Assembly (NCBI GenBank): GCA_963809895.1
Contig: CAWELD010000010.1
Coordinates: 160,001-224,000, forward strand
DNA length: 64,000 nucleotides
From: an uncultured Gemmatimonadales bacterium
GTDB lineage: Bacteria; Gemmatimonadota; Gemmatimonadetes; Longimicrobiales; Gaopeijiaceae
Reading direction: 5' to 3'
Shown: positions 9,838-19,554 of the stretch, piece by piece
Numbering within the stretch: the stretch's first letter is position 1
How the letters are laid out: each line of letters starts with the position of its first letter
Made by a program: the position numbers and the translations under genes
The notes under the pieces: model-generated
The model's input: the letters and a program-made list of their open reading frames with translations, nothing else
What the model was told of the DNA's origin: nothing
The model's database searches: none

Positions 9838-10173
9838 ATGCCTGATCGCATCGATGCGCTGCGCCGCCTGCTGGAGCGGCGTCCGGACGACCCGCGCCTC
9901 CGCTTCGGGCTGGCCCTCGAGTATCTCGGTGCCGAGCGCTGGCAGGATGCCGTGGACGAGCTCCAGGCCTATCTTGCGTCGGCAGAGGACGAGGGCAATG
10001 CCTGGGGCCGCCTGGGCGACGCGCTCTTCCGCCTCGGACGAGACGACGAGGCCCGTGAGGCCTACCGCAAGGGGATCGCGGAGGCGGAGCGCCACGGGCA
10101 TCCCACCATGGCCGAGGAGTTCAGGGATGTCCTGGCGAATCGTCACCACGACGGGGGGACGGGATCGACGTGA
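9838..10173 (+). CDS. small TPR protein
   Basis: PDDP.LRFGLALEY and AWGRLGDAL.RLGR.DEA.EAY.KGI TPR pattern. Confidence 0.85.
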   Translation: MPDRIDALRRLLERRPDDPRLRFGLALEYLGAERWQDAVDELQAYLASAEDEGNAWGRLGDALFRLGRDDEAREAYRKGIAEAERHGHPTMAEEFRDVLANRHHDGGTGST

Positions 10174-10805
10174 GCGCGGGAACCACCGAGCGCAAGGCCA
10201 GCTTCGACGCGGAGGCGCTTCCACACCTGGAGGCTGTGTACCGGTTCGCCCTACGGTTGTCGGGGTCGCCCGACGCCGCCGAAGATCTGGTTCAGGAGAC
10301 CTTCCTGCGGGCCTGGCGAGCCTGGGACCAGTACACCGAGGGAACCCGGGCGAAGAGCTGGCTCTTTACTATCTGTCGGAACGTGTTTCTCCGGCAGCGG
10401 GAGCGAGGTCAGCGGCACCAGCGGATTCTCGAGGCCGAGGCGCCCCGATCGGACACCGGTGGCGTGGGCGGCGACGTGGTGAATCCCCTGTGGGTATCGG
10501 CGGCCGACGAGGATCCCGAGGGGACCTTCTTTTCGCAAATCGTCGATGACACCGTACTGGAGGCCATCGACCGCTTGCCGGAGGAATACCGCAGCGCGGT
10601 GGTCCTGTCCGATGTGGAAGGCCTGTCCTACGCGGAGGTCGCGCAGGTGATGGACGTGCCTGTGGGGACGGTGAAGAGCCGTCTCTTCAGGGGCCGCCGG
10701 GAGTTGCAGAAGGTGTTGTACGACTACGCGGTGGAGATGGGCTACATCGCTCCGCGAGATGCCCCTGCGGGTGAACCCCGTGAAGGGGCGGGTGAGGAAG
10801 CATGA
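10170..10805 (+). CDS. ECF sigma-70 factor (SigR/RpoE-like)
   Basis: DAAEDLVQETFLRA, KSWLFTICRN and GLSYAEVA..MDVPVGTVKSRL.RGR motifs. Confidence 0.93.
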   Translation: MSAGTTERKASFDAEALPHLEAVYRFALRLSGSPDAAEDLVQETFLRAWRAWDQYTEGTRAKSWLFTICRNVFLRQRERGQRHQRILEAEAPRSDTGGVGGDVVNPLWVSAADEDPEGTFFSQIVDDTVLEAIDRLPEEYRSAVVLSDVEGLSYAEVAQVMDVPVGTVKSRLFRGRRELQKVLYDYAVEMGYIAPRDAPAGEPREGAGEEA

Positions 10806-11137
10806 TCTTCGACAGGTTGAAGCGCTGGCTCGGCGGAGGCTCGCCCGGGGACAACGGGACGTCGCACGATGAAGGCCACGGGGGCGACTCCGGCGACATG
10901 ATCACGTGCCACGAGGCGCTCGAGCGGATCTACGAGTACATGGATGGCGAGCTCGAAGGGGTGACGGCCGAGCAGGTGGAAGCCCACTTCCGGGTGTGCG
11001 CGCGCTGCTTCCCTCACCTGAAGCTGGAGCGCACGTTCCGGGCTCGCGTGCAGGAGGCCATGACCCGGCCCGGAATCCCCCCCGATCTGCGCAGCCGGGT
11101 ACTGGAGACGCTGGCCCGGGAGACTCCCGGGACCTGA
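10802..11137 (+). CDS. zinc-binding anti-sigma factor (zf-HC2, RsrA-like)
   Basis: C.EAL..IYEYMDGEL...HFRVCARC (HxxxCxxC); overlaps the sigma gene; no TM helix. Confidence 0.88.
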   Translation: MIFDRLKRWLGGGSPGDNGTSHDEGHGGDSGDMITCHEALERIYEYMDGELEGVTAEQVEAHFRVCARCFPHLKLERTFRARVQEAMTRPGIPPDLRSRVLETLARETPGT

Positions 11138-11180
11138 GCGCCCTGCAGCGTCTTTCGCTCCCCTGCGTCGCCGGCCGAAT

Positions 11181-11201
11181 CGCGCCGGTGGCGCGTTTTT
11201 T
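11181..11201 (+). terminator. probable intrinsic terminator
   Basis: CGCGCC-GGT-GGCGCG hairpin followed by TTTTTT. Confidence 0.65.
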
Positions 11202-11323
11202 CATGCCCCCGACCCTGCCTTGCGGGGCCCGTCCGAATCATAGAGGATAGGCGGGCCGCCCCCCTTGGAGCGCCCCGACACACCAGCAGGCTCCCTGCAG
11301 CACGCACCCGCACAGGAGAAGGA

Positions 11324-13858
11324 ATGGCGACGGCCCAGAAGAGGGAGAGGATCCTGCCGCGCCTCATCGAGGACGAAATGCGAGAGTCCTTCCTGGACTA
11401 CTCCATGAGCGTCATCGTCCAGCGGGCCCTCCCCGACGTGAGGGACGGCCTCAAGCCCGTCCACCGGCGCATTCTGTACGCCATGCACGAGCTCGGGCTC
11501 ACCCCGGAACGGGCCTACAAGAAGTGCGCGACGGTGGTCGGCGACGTGCTGGGCAAGTACCATCCGCACGGCGACTCGGCCGTCTATGACGCCCTGGTGC
11601 GCATGGTGCAGGATTTCTCGCTGCGTTATCCCCTGGTGGACGGCCAGGGGAACTTCGGTTCCATCGACGGCGACTCCGCGGCCGCCTACCGCTATACCGA
11701 GGCTCGCCTGTCCGCCCTGGCCACGGACCTCCTGGCCGACATCGACAAAGACACCGTCGACTGGCTGCCCAACTTCGACAACCGGCTCGAGGAGCCGGCG
11801 GTCCTGCCGGGCAGGGTCCCGAACCTCCTGGTCAACGGGAGCAGTGGCATCGCGGTGGGGATGAGCACCAACATCCCCCCGCACAACCTCCGCGAGGTGG
11901 CCGCCGGCGTGAAGCTGCTGGCCATCGACCCGGACTGCTCCATCGACGACCTCATGCGCCACATTCCGGGCCCGGACTTTCCCACCGGGGCCTTCATCGT
12001 GGGCGACGAGGGCATCCGCGACATGTACCACACGGGGCGGGGGCGCATCGTCATGCGGGCCCGCATCGTCAAGGAGGCCATGCGCGGGGGCAAGGAGCAG
12101 CTGGTGGTCACCGAGCTGCCCTACGGCGTGAACAAGTCCAAGATCATCGAGCAGATCGCCGATCTGGCCAAGCGCGGCAAGGCCGACGACATCTCCGACA
12201 TCCGTGACGAGTCGGACCGCGACGGCATCCGTCTGGTCATCGAGCTGAAGCGGGGCGCCAAGGTCACCAACGTGCTCGCTCTCCTTTTCCGGCGCACGTA
12301 CCTGCAGAGCACCTTCGGCGCCATCATGCTGGCGTTGGATCACGGCCAGCCCCGGGAGCTACCCCTCAAGCAGATCCTGGAGCACTACCGGGACCACCGC
12401 ATCGAGGTCATCCAGCGGCGCTCCCGCCACGAGCTGGAGAAGGCCGAGGCCGAGCGGCACATCGTCGAGGGATTGCTGGTGGCGCTCCAGCACATCGACG
12501 AGGTGATCCGGATCATTCGCGGATCGAAGGACCGGCCCGAGGCCAGCACCAGGCTGCAGGACCGCTTCGGGCTGAGCGAGGTCCAGTCCGACGCCATCCT
12601 CAACATGCGCCTGGGCAAGCTCACCCGCCTCGAGCAGGGCGAGCTCAAGGCGCGACTCGAGGAGCTGCGCGCCCTCATCGGGGATCTGCGCGGCATCCTG
12701 GACTCCGAGGAGCGCCAGATCGAGGTGCTGCTGGAGGAGCTGAGCGAGGTGGTTGAGCGCTACGGGGACGCGCGGCGCACGGCCATCCTGAAGGATGCGG
12801 AGGAGGACGTCGCGGAGGTCGAGGAGGAGCTCGCCGACGAAGACGCGGTGGTCACGGTGAGCCACGAGGGCTTCGTGAAGCGCATGCCCATGCACCTCTA
12901 CCGCCGCCGGGTGTCGTCCGGTAAGGCGCTGGCCGGGATGGAGCGCTACGAGGACGATTACATCGAGCGCATCTTCGTGGCCCGCACCACGGGCTGGATC
13001 CTGTCCTTCACGGCCGGTGGCCAGTGCCACTTCCTGCCCGTCATGGACCTGCCCGAGAGCGGCCGGGCCAGCCGGGGCCAGTCGGTCTACTCTCTGCTGG
13101 ACGGGGCGGACCGAGCGGACCGGATCGTGGCCATGCTTCCGGTCGAGACGCTGGAAGACGACGGCCGCGTGGTGGTCTTCGTCTCGCGAGGCGGCCTGGT
13201 GAAGCGCACCTCGCTGGGCGAGTTCACCAACCCCCGCTCCTCTGGCATCATCGCCGCCGGGGTGAAGGACGACGACCACATCCGTGAGGTGGCGATCTCC
13301 GACGGCACGGCCGAGATCATGCTCCTGTCACGCGATGGCCGCGCCATCCGGTTTCCCGAGGAGGACGTGCCCGTCCAGGGGCGGACGGCCCAGGGCGTGA
13401 AGGGCATCGACCTGCGAGACGACGATCACGTGGTGGGTGTGTTGATGGTGCGGCGCGAGGCGTCGGTGCTCACCGTCACCGAGGACGGCGCGGGCAAGCG
13501 CACGCCGGTATCCGACTTCCCGTTGCAGAAGCGGGGTGGGCTGGGCACCCTGGCGGTGCCCACGTCGGGCAAGGTGGTGCCGCTGGTGGCGGCGCTCGAG
13601 GTGGTGGAGGCCGACGAGGTCATGCTGGTCACCGCCGGTGGGCAGGTGTCCGCCGTACGGGTCGAGCGCGCCCCGCTGCAGGGCCGGCGCACGCAGGGAA
13701 AGCGTCTGGTCAAGGTGGCCTCCGGAGACCGGGTGGTGGAGGTCACCCGTTCCGCGGGAGGCACGCCGGAACGGTCGGAGACCCCGGAGCCGGTGGAGTC
13801 GGGGGCCGGCGACGGAGACGGAGACGGTCGCGGCCAGCTCGATCTTCTGGGCGAGTGA
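11324..13858 (+). CDS. type IIA topoisomerase subunit A (GyrA family, probably ParC-like)
   Basis: [22 protein letters not shown] and catalytic AAYRYTE; beta-pinwheel C-terminal domain lacking the canonical GyrA-box. Confidence 0.92.
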   Translation: MATAQKRERILPRLIEDEMRESFLDYSMSVIVQRALPDVRDGLKPVHRRILYAMHELGLTPERAYKKCATVVGDVLGKYHPHGDSAVYDALVRMVQDFSLRYPLVDGQGNFGSIDGDSAAAYRYTEARLSALATDLLADIDKDTVDWLPNFDNRLEEPAVLPGRVPNLLVNGSSGIAVGMSTNIPPHNLREVAAGVKLLAIDPDCSIDDLMRHIPGPDFPTGAFIVGDEGIRDMYHTGRGRIVMRARIVKEAMRGGKEQLVVTELPYGVNKSKIIEQIADLAKRGKADDISDIRDESDRDGIRLVIELKRGAKVTNVLALLFRRTYLQSTFGAIMLALDHGQPRELPLKQILEHYRDHRIEVIQRRSRHELEKAEAERHIVEGLLVALQHIDEVIRIIRGSKDRPEASTRLQDRFGLSEVQSDAILNMRLGKLTRLEQGELKARLEELRALIGDLRGILDSEERQIEVLLEELSEVVERYGDARRTAILKDAEEDVAEVEEELADEDAVVTVSHEGFVKRMPMHLYRRRVSSGKALAGMERYEDDYIERIFVARTTGWILSFTAGGQCHFLPVMDLPESGRASRGQSVYSLLDGADRADRIVAMLPVETLEDDGRVVVFVSRGGLVKRTSLGEFTNPRSSGIIAAGVKDDDHIREVAISDGTAEIMLLSRDGRAIRFPEEDVPVQGRTAQGVKGIDLRDDDHVVGVLMVRREASVLTVTEDGAGKRTPVSDFPLQKRGGLGTLAVPTSGKVVPLVAALEVVEADEVMLVTAGGQVSAVRVERAPLQGRRTQGKRLVKVASGDRVVEVTRSAGGTPERSETPEPVESGAGDGDGDGRGQLDLLGE

Positions 13859-13870
13859 GCGGGCGTTCGC

Positions 13871-14650
13871 TCAGCCGCCGCCCGAGGCCGGTGAGCGCAG
13901 GAGCTCCATGACGGGGCCGTGAAGGGCCTCGTTGCTGGAGATCCCGGAGCCACCGTGGATGGTGGCGGTGCCGCGCGCGTCGGTGAAGCGGCCGCCGGCT
14001 TCGCTGAGGATGGTGAGAAGCGGGGCGGCGTCCCACGCCGACAGCTCCGGGTCCACCATCACTTCGGCGCGCCCGGTGGCGACCAGGGCGTGGCCGTAGC
14101 AGTCGCCCCAGGTGCGCGACAGGTTGGCGGTCTGCACCAGGCGGAGCCAGCCGTCCGCCAGGGGGCCCGAGCGGATGCGGGGCTCGTCGGTGGTCAGCAC
14201 CAGTGCCTCCTTCAGGTCGCCGACCCGTGAGACCCGACACGGCACGCCGTTCCACGTGCACCCCAGCCCATGGCCGGCGGCCACCGTCTCGCGCAGAGCG
14301 GGGAAGTGCGCCACGCCCACTCTGGGCTCCCCCTCCACCTCGACGCCGATGAGAACGCCGTAGAGAGGCACGCCGCGCATGAAGGAGCGGGTGCCGTCGA
14401 TGGGATCCAGGATCCAGCGCACCGAGGCGCCCTCCCGGACCGAGCCGTACTCTTCACCGAGGATCGCGTGATCGGGCCAGCGCTCCTCGATGCGTCGGCG
14501 CAGCAGGGCTTCGGCTTCGCGGTCGGCCCGGGTGACGGGACTGCCGTCGCCCTTGGCCTCGTGCTCCACCAGCCCGCCGAAGTGACGCAGCGTCACCGCG
14601 CCGGCCTCGTGAGCGAATGCGACGGCCGCGTCCAGGAGGGCCGGGATCAC
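13871..14650 (-). CDS. inositol monophosphatase family, histidinol-phosphatase (HisN-like)
   Basis: KGDGSPVT.ADREAE, GEE, WILDPIDGT and WDAA motifs; GTG start overlapping the upstream stop. Confidence 0.85.
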   Translation of the reverse strand: MIPALLDAAVAFAHEAGAVTLRHFGGLVEHEAKGDGSPVTRADREAEALLRRRIEERWPDHAILGEEYGSVREGASVRWILDPIDGTRSFMRGVPLYGVLIGVEVEGEPRVGVAHFPALRETVAAGHGLGCTWNGVPCRVSRVGDLKEALVLTTDEPRIRSGPLADGWLRLVQTANLSRTWGDCYGHALVATGRAEVMVDPELSAWDAAPLLTILSEAGGRFTDARGTATIHGGSGISSNEALHGPVMELLRSPASGGG

Positions 14651-16131
14651 CGAGAGGCGCGGCCGGAGTAGAGGTCCTGGTCGGCGGTGCGCAGGAGATC
14701 GTCGCCGGTGCGCATGCGCACGGGGTCGAACTGGGCCGCACCGCTGCTCACGGTCACGCCGTGGGGCGCGAGCACGGGATCCCCCTCGACACGCTCGCAT
14801 ACGCGGCGGATGTACTGCGCCGCACCGTCCACGGAGGTGTCGCTCAACACGGCCACGAACTCGTCGCCGCCGTAGCGAGCCACCAGGTTCATGGCACGGT
14901 TCTCGGCCCGTAGGACCGATGCGAAGATGCGCAGGGCCTCGTCACCGGCCAGGTGCCCGAGAGAGTCGTTGTAGCCCTTGAAGTTGTCCAGGTCGAAAAT
15001 CACCGCAGACAGCGAGCGACCACGCCGCGCCGCCGCCACCTCCCGGTCCAGGTGCATGCGCAGGTGACGCCGGTTGGGGAGCCCCGTGAGGGGGTCCGTC
15101 ATGGACAGGGCCTGCATGGACGCGTGCAGACGCGCGTTCTCCAGCGCCACGGAGGCCTGGCTGGCCAGGCGCTCCAGGATCCGGATCTCGTCGCCTTCGA
15201 GCCCGTGGGGGTCGGAACAGGCCGCCACCAGCGCTCCGGCGATCTCATCGGTGGTCCTGAGCGGAACCGCCACGGCACAGCCGCGCTCCGATCCGCGGCG
15301 GGTGTCGTCGGGGAGAAGAGGCTGAGAGGCTCGGTCCCGGCGGCTGATGGTCGCGCCGGTCGTCAGCAGGGCCTCGAGGGGCGTGCCGCGTGCGTCCCAG
15401 GAGGTGTCCACGCCGGGTACCGACTCGCCCCTCGACGCCGCCACCCGAAGGGTGGGTGCCGGATCGAGCAGCCAGACCGAGGCCCCATCCACCTCCAGGA
15501 CGTCCAGCACCGCATCCACCACCTTGCCCAGCACCTCCTGGGGATCCAGCGACGACACCATGGCGCGTCCGATGCGCTCGATCTGCTCCGCCTCGCGCGT
15601 CTTGCGCTCCAGCTCTTCGACCCGCTGGGCGTTCTCGATGGCGACGGCGGCGATGTCGGCGATGGCCTGTAGCAGTTCCAGCTCGGCGGGCGCGAAGGCC
15701 TCCGCTCGGTAGCTCTGGGTGCTGATGGCCCCGAGGATGCCGTCGCGGCGCATCGGTGCGGAGATGGCCGAACGGGTCACACCGGCGCTCTCGTCGCCCA
15801 GGATGAGGAGCGAGCGGGACGCGAGGCGATCCTCAACCAGGGTGGCGCGACCCTCGCGGATCACGGGACTGTCGGACCCCCGATACGAGATGTCCGAACG
15901 CTGCTCCACGCCCTGGTCGGCGTAGAACACCACCGTCGCCAGGTCTTCGTCGGTGTCGTAAAGCGCGATGAAGAACCCGTCCGCCTCCAGCACCCGGGAC
16001 GTCTCGCGATAGATGGCCCGGTACAGTTCTTCCAGGCTGAGCGTGGCCGTGAGCGTGCGACCGATGTCCAGGAGGACACGGTAGCGCTCGGCCAGGCTCG
16101 TGCGTGCGGCGTCGGTTCCCGTCGGGTGCAT
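14647..16131 (-). CDS. GAF-GAF diguanylate cyclase
   Basis: Two GAF-like regions; DPLTGLPNRR, DLDNFK.YND..GH..GD and ARYGGDEF motifs. Start approximate. Confidence 0.9.
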   Translation of the reverse strand: MHPTGTDAARTSLAERYRVLLDIGRTLTATLSLEELYRAIYRETSRVLEADGFFIALYDTDEDLATVVFYADQGVEQRSDISYRGSDSPVIREGRATLVEDRLASRSLLILGDESAGVTRSAISAPMRRDGILGAISTQSYRAEAFAPAELELLQAIADIAAVAIENAQRVEELERKTREAEQIERIGRAMVSSLDPQEVLGKVVDAVLDVLEVDGASVWLLDPAPTLRVAASRGESVPGVDTSWDARGTPLEALLTTGATISRRDRASQPLLPDDTRRGSERGCAVAVPLRTTDEIAGALVAACSDPHGLEGDEIRILERLASQASVALENARLHASMQALSMTDPLTGLPNRRHLRMHLDREVAAARRGRSLSAVIFDLDNFKGYNDSLGHLAGDEALRIFASVLRAENRAMNLVARYGGDEFVAVLSDTSVDGAAQYIRRVCERVEGDPVLAPHGVTVSSGAAQFDPVRMRTGDDLLRTADQDLYSGRASR

Positions 16132-16261
16132 GGGCGGGTGGGGGGATTGCGCCAGCTGAATCAGGGTCGGGCCCGTCGGATGCACAGGCCTGGAAGAACC
16201 AACCTCGATTACCAATCTACCGGCTGCGTTCCGACCCGTACAACCATCACGTTCTGGACCC

Positions 16262-17032
16262 TCAGGCCTCGTCGTTGCCGCCGCCGACGCCGTGACGATC
16301 CAGATAGTGGCCGATCTCGAAGCCGATGGCCTGGATCAGCCGGGTCTCCCTCCGGTCGAGCTCCGCGCGCCCCAGGATCGTGCGCAGGGTGCGGATGACC
16401 GCCGCGTCCCGGCGCGTACCCTTGTAGAAGTCGATGCGGCCGAGGCCCTGGCGGAGGGCCTCGTACATCTGCTCCAGCTCTCCTTGCGTCGCCTGGCGCG
16501 TCGAGCGGCGACCCCGGGGCAGCTCCAGCTCGCCTTCGCCGCTGGCCAGAAAGATCTCGTAGGCCAGCACCAGGACCGCCTGCGCCAGGTTGAGCGACGA
16601 GTAGTCCGGGTCGGTGGGGATGATGGCGATGCGGTGGCAAAGGTCGAGGCCTTCGTTGCTGAGCCCCCGGTCCTCGCGCCCGAAGAGCAGCGCCACCGGA
16701 CCGCGGGCGGCGCGCTCGATCATGTCCTCCGCCGCCTCGTCGGGCCGCACGTAGTTGCGAGTGGCGGTGCGGGCACGGGCCGTGGTGCCCACGACGAAGA
16801 CGCAGTCCTCCACCGCAGCCTCCAGCGAGTCCACGATCTCGGTGCCCTCGACCACGTCGCCGCTGCGGTGGGCGATGCCCTCGATGCGGTACGGGTCGAA
16901 GTCCGCGGGCTCCACCAGGCGCAGCCGCGACAGCCCCATGTTCTTCATGGCGCGGATCACCGCCGCGATGTTCACCACGTTCTGGGGATGGTCCAGAACC
17001 ACGATTACGCGATCCAGCGGAGAGGCGCTCAC
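16262..17032 (-). CDS. trmJ: tRNA 2'-O-methyltransferase, TrmJ/LasT family
   Basis: NIAAVIRAMKNMG, VGTTAR, FGREDRGLSNE and YSSLNLAQA SPOUT motifs. Confidence 0.85.
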   Translation of the reverse strand: MSASPLDRVIVVLDHPQNVVNIAAVIRAMKNMGLSRLRLVEPADFDPYRIEGIAHRSGDVVEGTEIVDSLEAAVEDCVFVVGTTARARTATRNYVRPDEAAEDMIERAARGPVALLFGREDRGLSNEGLDLCHRIAIIPTDPDYSSLNLAQAVLVLAYEIFLASGEGELELPRGRRSTRQATQGELEQMYEALRQGLGRIDFYKGTRRDAAVIRTLRTILGRAELDRRETRLIQAIGFEIGHYLDRHGVGGGNDEA

Positions 17033-18222
17033 CGGCGTTCGACTCCCAGAGCCACCGCCGCGCCGATCGCCGCCACGGCGGCGCCCAGCAGGAACGGCAT
17101 GGCAGGCCCGATGTCGTAGGCGGCGCCGGCGGCGGCCGGGCCGACGATGCGGGCCATGGAGCCCACGCTCTGGCCGAGACCCAGAACGCTGCCCTGGATG
17201 CTCGCCGAGGCGGTGCGACTCACCAGCCCCAGCACGCTGGGCAGCGCGCCGCCGTAGCCCACCGCCAGGAGCGCCAGGGCGACCAGCAGCGTCGGCACGC
17301 CGGGTGACAACGCCACCAGCACCAGTCCGCCCACGAACGGGAGTGCGGAGAGGCGGATGAGTCGGGACTCGCCGAGCCGCGGGACCAGGCGCCGCACCAA
17401 TCCCCCCTGAACCACCGCGGACACGAGGCCCAGGAAGGCGAAGAGGTAGCCGACGCGCCGCTGGTCCAGGCCGAAGCGTGCCGCGCCGAAGAGCGAGAGG
17501 GTCGGCTGAATGACGGCGAAGGCCACGGTGAAGAGGAAGTAGAGGAGGAGGATGCGTGCAAGGCCAGGCACCTCCAGCGATTCCCGCAGCCCCGCGAGCG
17601 TGAACGCCGATCCCGGCGCGGTACGCCGGCGGGCGGGCGCCGGGGCGGGGCGCGACTCCGACAGGAAGAGGAGGGCGGCCAGGGCGTTGGTCGCGCACAG
17701 GGCGGCGGCCACCAGGCCGGGGGCCTCCACCGAGACCGACGCCAGGATTCCGCCCAGCGCCGGACCCACCGTGAATCCCAGACCGAAGGCGGCGCCGATC
17801 AGGCCCATGTTGCCGGCGCGGTGCTCGGGGGGCGTGACGTCGGCGATGTAGGCCTCCGCCACCGGCACGGTGGAGCCTCCGATCCCTGCCATGATGCGCG
17901 ACGCGAAGAGCACCGCCAGCGTGCCGGCGTACGCGAAGACCAGGTAGGCCAACGCCGATCCCACCAGCCCCAGCAGGAGGATGGGCTTGCGGCCGAAGCG
18001 ATCGCTGAGGCGGCCCCACAGCGGGGCCATGGCGAACTGGAAGACGGAGTAGACCGTGACCAGGAGCCCCACCGTGAAGCCGTCGGCCCCCATGCGCTCG
18101 CCGTAGAACGGGAGCAGGGGCAGGACGATCCCGAACCCCACCAGGTCCACGAACACGGTGAGGAAGAGGAAGGGCAGGCGCCGGCGAGCGCCCGGCGCCT
18201 CCTCACTGCTTGCCTTCGTCAC
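17029..18222 (-). CDS. MFS transporter (TetA/DHA1-like)
   Basis: D.VGFGIVLPLLP, GRLSDRFGRKP and AYIADVT..E.R...MG..GAAFG.GF..GP motifs. Confidence 0.9.
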   Translation of the reverse strand: MTKASSEEAPGARRRLPFLFLTVFVDLVGFGIVLPLLPFYGERMGADGFTVGLLVTVYSVFQFAMAPLWGRLSDRFGRKPILLLGLVGSALAYLVFAYAGTLAVLFASRIMAGIGGSTVPVAEAYIADVTPPEHRAGNMGLIGAAFGLGFTVGPALGGILASVSVEAPGLVAAALCATNALAALLFLSESRPAPAPARRRTAPGSAFTLAGLRESLEVPGLARILLLYFLFTVAFAVIQPTLSLFGAARFGLDQRRVGYLFAFLGLVSAVVQGGLVRRLVPRLGESRLIRLSALPFVGGLVLVALSPGVPTLLVALALLAVGYGGALPSVLGLVSRTASASIQGSVLGLGQSVGSMARIVGPAAAGAAYDIGPAMPFLLGAAVAAIGAAVALGVERR

Positions 18223-18391
18223 CGTCCTCCAGACGGTCCGGGTCGTCCTTCGACCGGTCTCCCCTGAGCCCCAGCTTGAAATTGCGGATCCCGGCGCCCA
18301 GTCCCTTGCCGATGGTGGGGATCCGCTTGCCCCCGAAGAGGATCACCAACACCACGATGATGAGCACGAGCTCCACGGGACCGGCCCTCAG
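18203..18391 (-). CDS. tatA: twin-arginine translocase TatA/E subunit
   Basis: GPVELVLIIVVLVILFGGKRIP.IGKGLG.GIRNFK. Start is CTG 18391 or GTG 18376. Confidence 0.88.
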   Translation of the reverse strand: MRAGPVELVLIIVVLVILFGGKRIPTIGKGLGAGIRNFKLGLRGDRSKDDPDRLEDGDEGKQ

Positions 18392-19554
18392 CGAAGCAGC
18401 ATCTTGGCGATGGTCTGCTTCTGCATGTTGGAGGTGCCTTCGTAGATCGTGCCGATCTTGGCGTCGCGGTAGTACTTCTCGATGGGATACTCGCGCGTGA
18501 AGCCGTAGCCGCCGTGCAGATCGATGCACTCCGACGCGACGCGCTGCGCGACCTCAGAGGCGAACAGCTTGGCCTGGGCGGCGGCCATGACGAAGTCCTG
18601 CCCAGCGTCCTTGAGACGCGCCGCGTTGTAGACCAGCAATCGTGCGGCCTCGATGTCCGTCGCCATCTCGGCGAGCTGGAACTGGACCCCCTGGAACTGC
18701 CCGATGGCGCGGCCGAACTGCTCGCGCTCCTGCACGTAGCGGATGGTGTGGTCCAGCGCGCCCTGGGCCAGACCCACCATCTGGGCGCCGATGCCGATGC
18801 GGCCCTCGTTGAGGGTCTCGATGGCCACCTTGTAGCCCTGGCCGACCTCGCCCAGCACCTGGTCACCGGAGACGCGCACGTTCTCCAGCACCAGCTCGCA
18901 GGTGGAGGAGGCGCGGATGCCCAGCTTGTCTTCCTTCTTGCCCACGCTGAAGCCCGGGGCGGCCTCTTCGACGATGAAGGCCGTGATCCCCTTGTAGCCG
19001 AGCGAGGGATCCACCGTGGCGAAGATGATGAAGACGCCCGCCTCGCGCGCGTTGGTGATCCAGAGCTTCTGGCCCTCCAGCACCCAGTCGTCGCCGTCCT
19101 GGCGGGCGCGGCAAGAGAGCGCGAAGGCGTCGGACCCGCTTCCGGCCTCGGACAGGGCGTAGGCCCCCACCGTGTTCTCGGCCAGCATGGGGAAGTAGCG
19201 CTCCTTCTGGTCGTCGCTGGCCCAGCGCTTGAAGGCGTTGATGACCAGCGTGTTCTGCACGTCGACGAGGACGGCGACCGAGGGGTCCACCCGGCTCAGC
19301 TCCTCCACGATCAGGACCGAGGTGAAGAAGGTGGACCCGGCCCCGCCGAAGCGGTCCGGGATCTCGATGCCCATGAGACCCAGCTCGAAGAGCTTGGGCA
19401 GAAGCTCCGGGTCCATGGCCTGAGCGGCGTCCATCTTCGTCACCAGGGGAGCGACTTCGGCCTCCGCGAAATCGCGCACGGCCTCCCGGAACATCCCCTC
19501 GTCTTCGGACAGCATGGAGAGGGCGGGTCGTGCTTCGTTCAGCGCCGTGGACAT
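18388..19554 (-). CDS. acyl-CoA dehydrogenase (short/branched-chain-like)
   Basis: YALSEAGSGSDA, G.KLWITNA, R.QFG..I..FQ, GGYGF and IYEGTSN motifs; own ATG with GGAAGGAAG RBS. Confidence 0.93.
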   Translation of the reverse strand: MSTALNEARPALSMLSEDEGMFREAVRDFAEAEVAPLVTKMDAAQAMDPELLPKLFELGLMGIEIPDRFGGAGSTFFTSVLIVEELSRVDPSVAVLVDVQNTLVINAFKRWASDDQKERYFPMLAENTVGAYALSEAGSGSDAFALSCRARQDGDDWVLEGQKLWITNAREAGVFIIFATVDPSLGYKGITAFIVEEAAPGFSVGKKEDKLGIRASSTCELVLENVRVSGDQVLGEVGQGYKVAIETLNEGRIGIGAQMVGLAQGALDHTIRYVQEREQFGRAIGQFQGVQFQLAEMATDIEAARLLVYNAARLKDAGQDFVMAAAQAKLFASEVAQRVASECIDLHGGYGFTREYPIEKYYRDAKIGTIYEGTSNMQKQTIAKMLLR

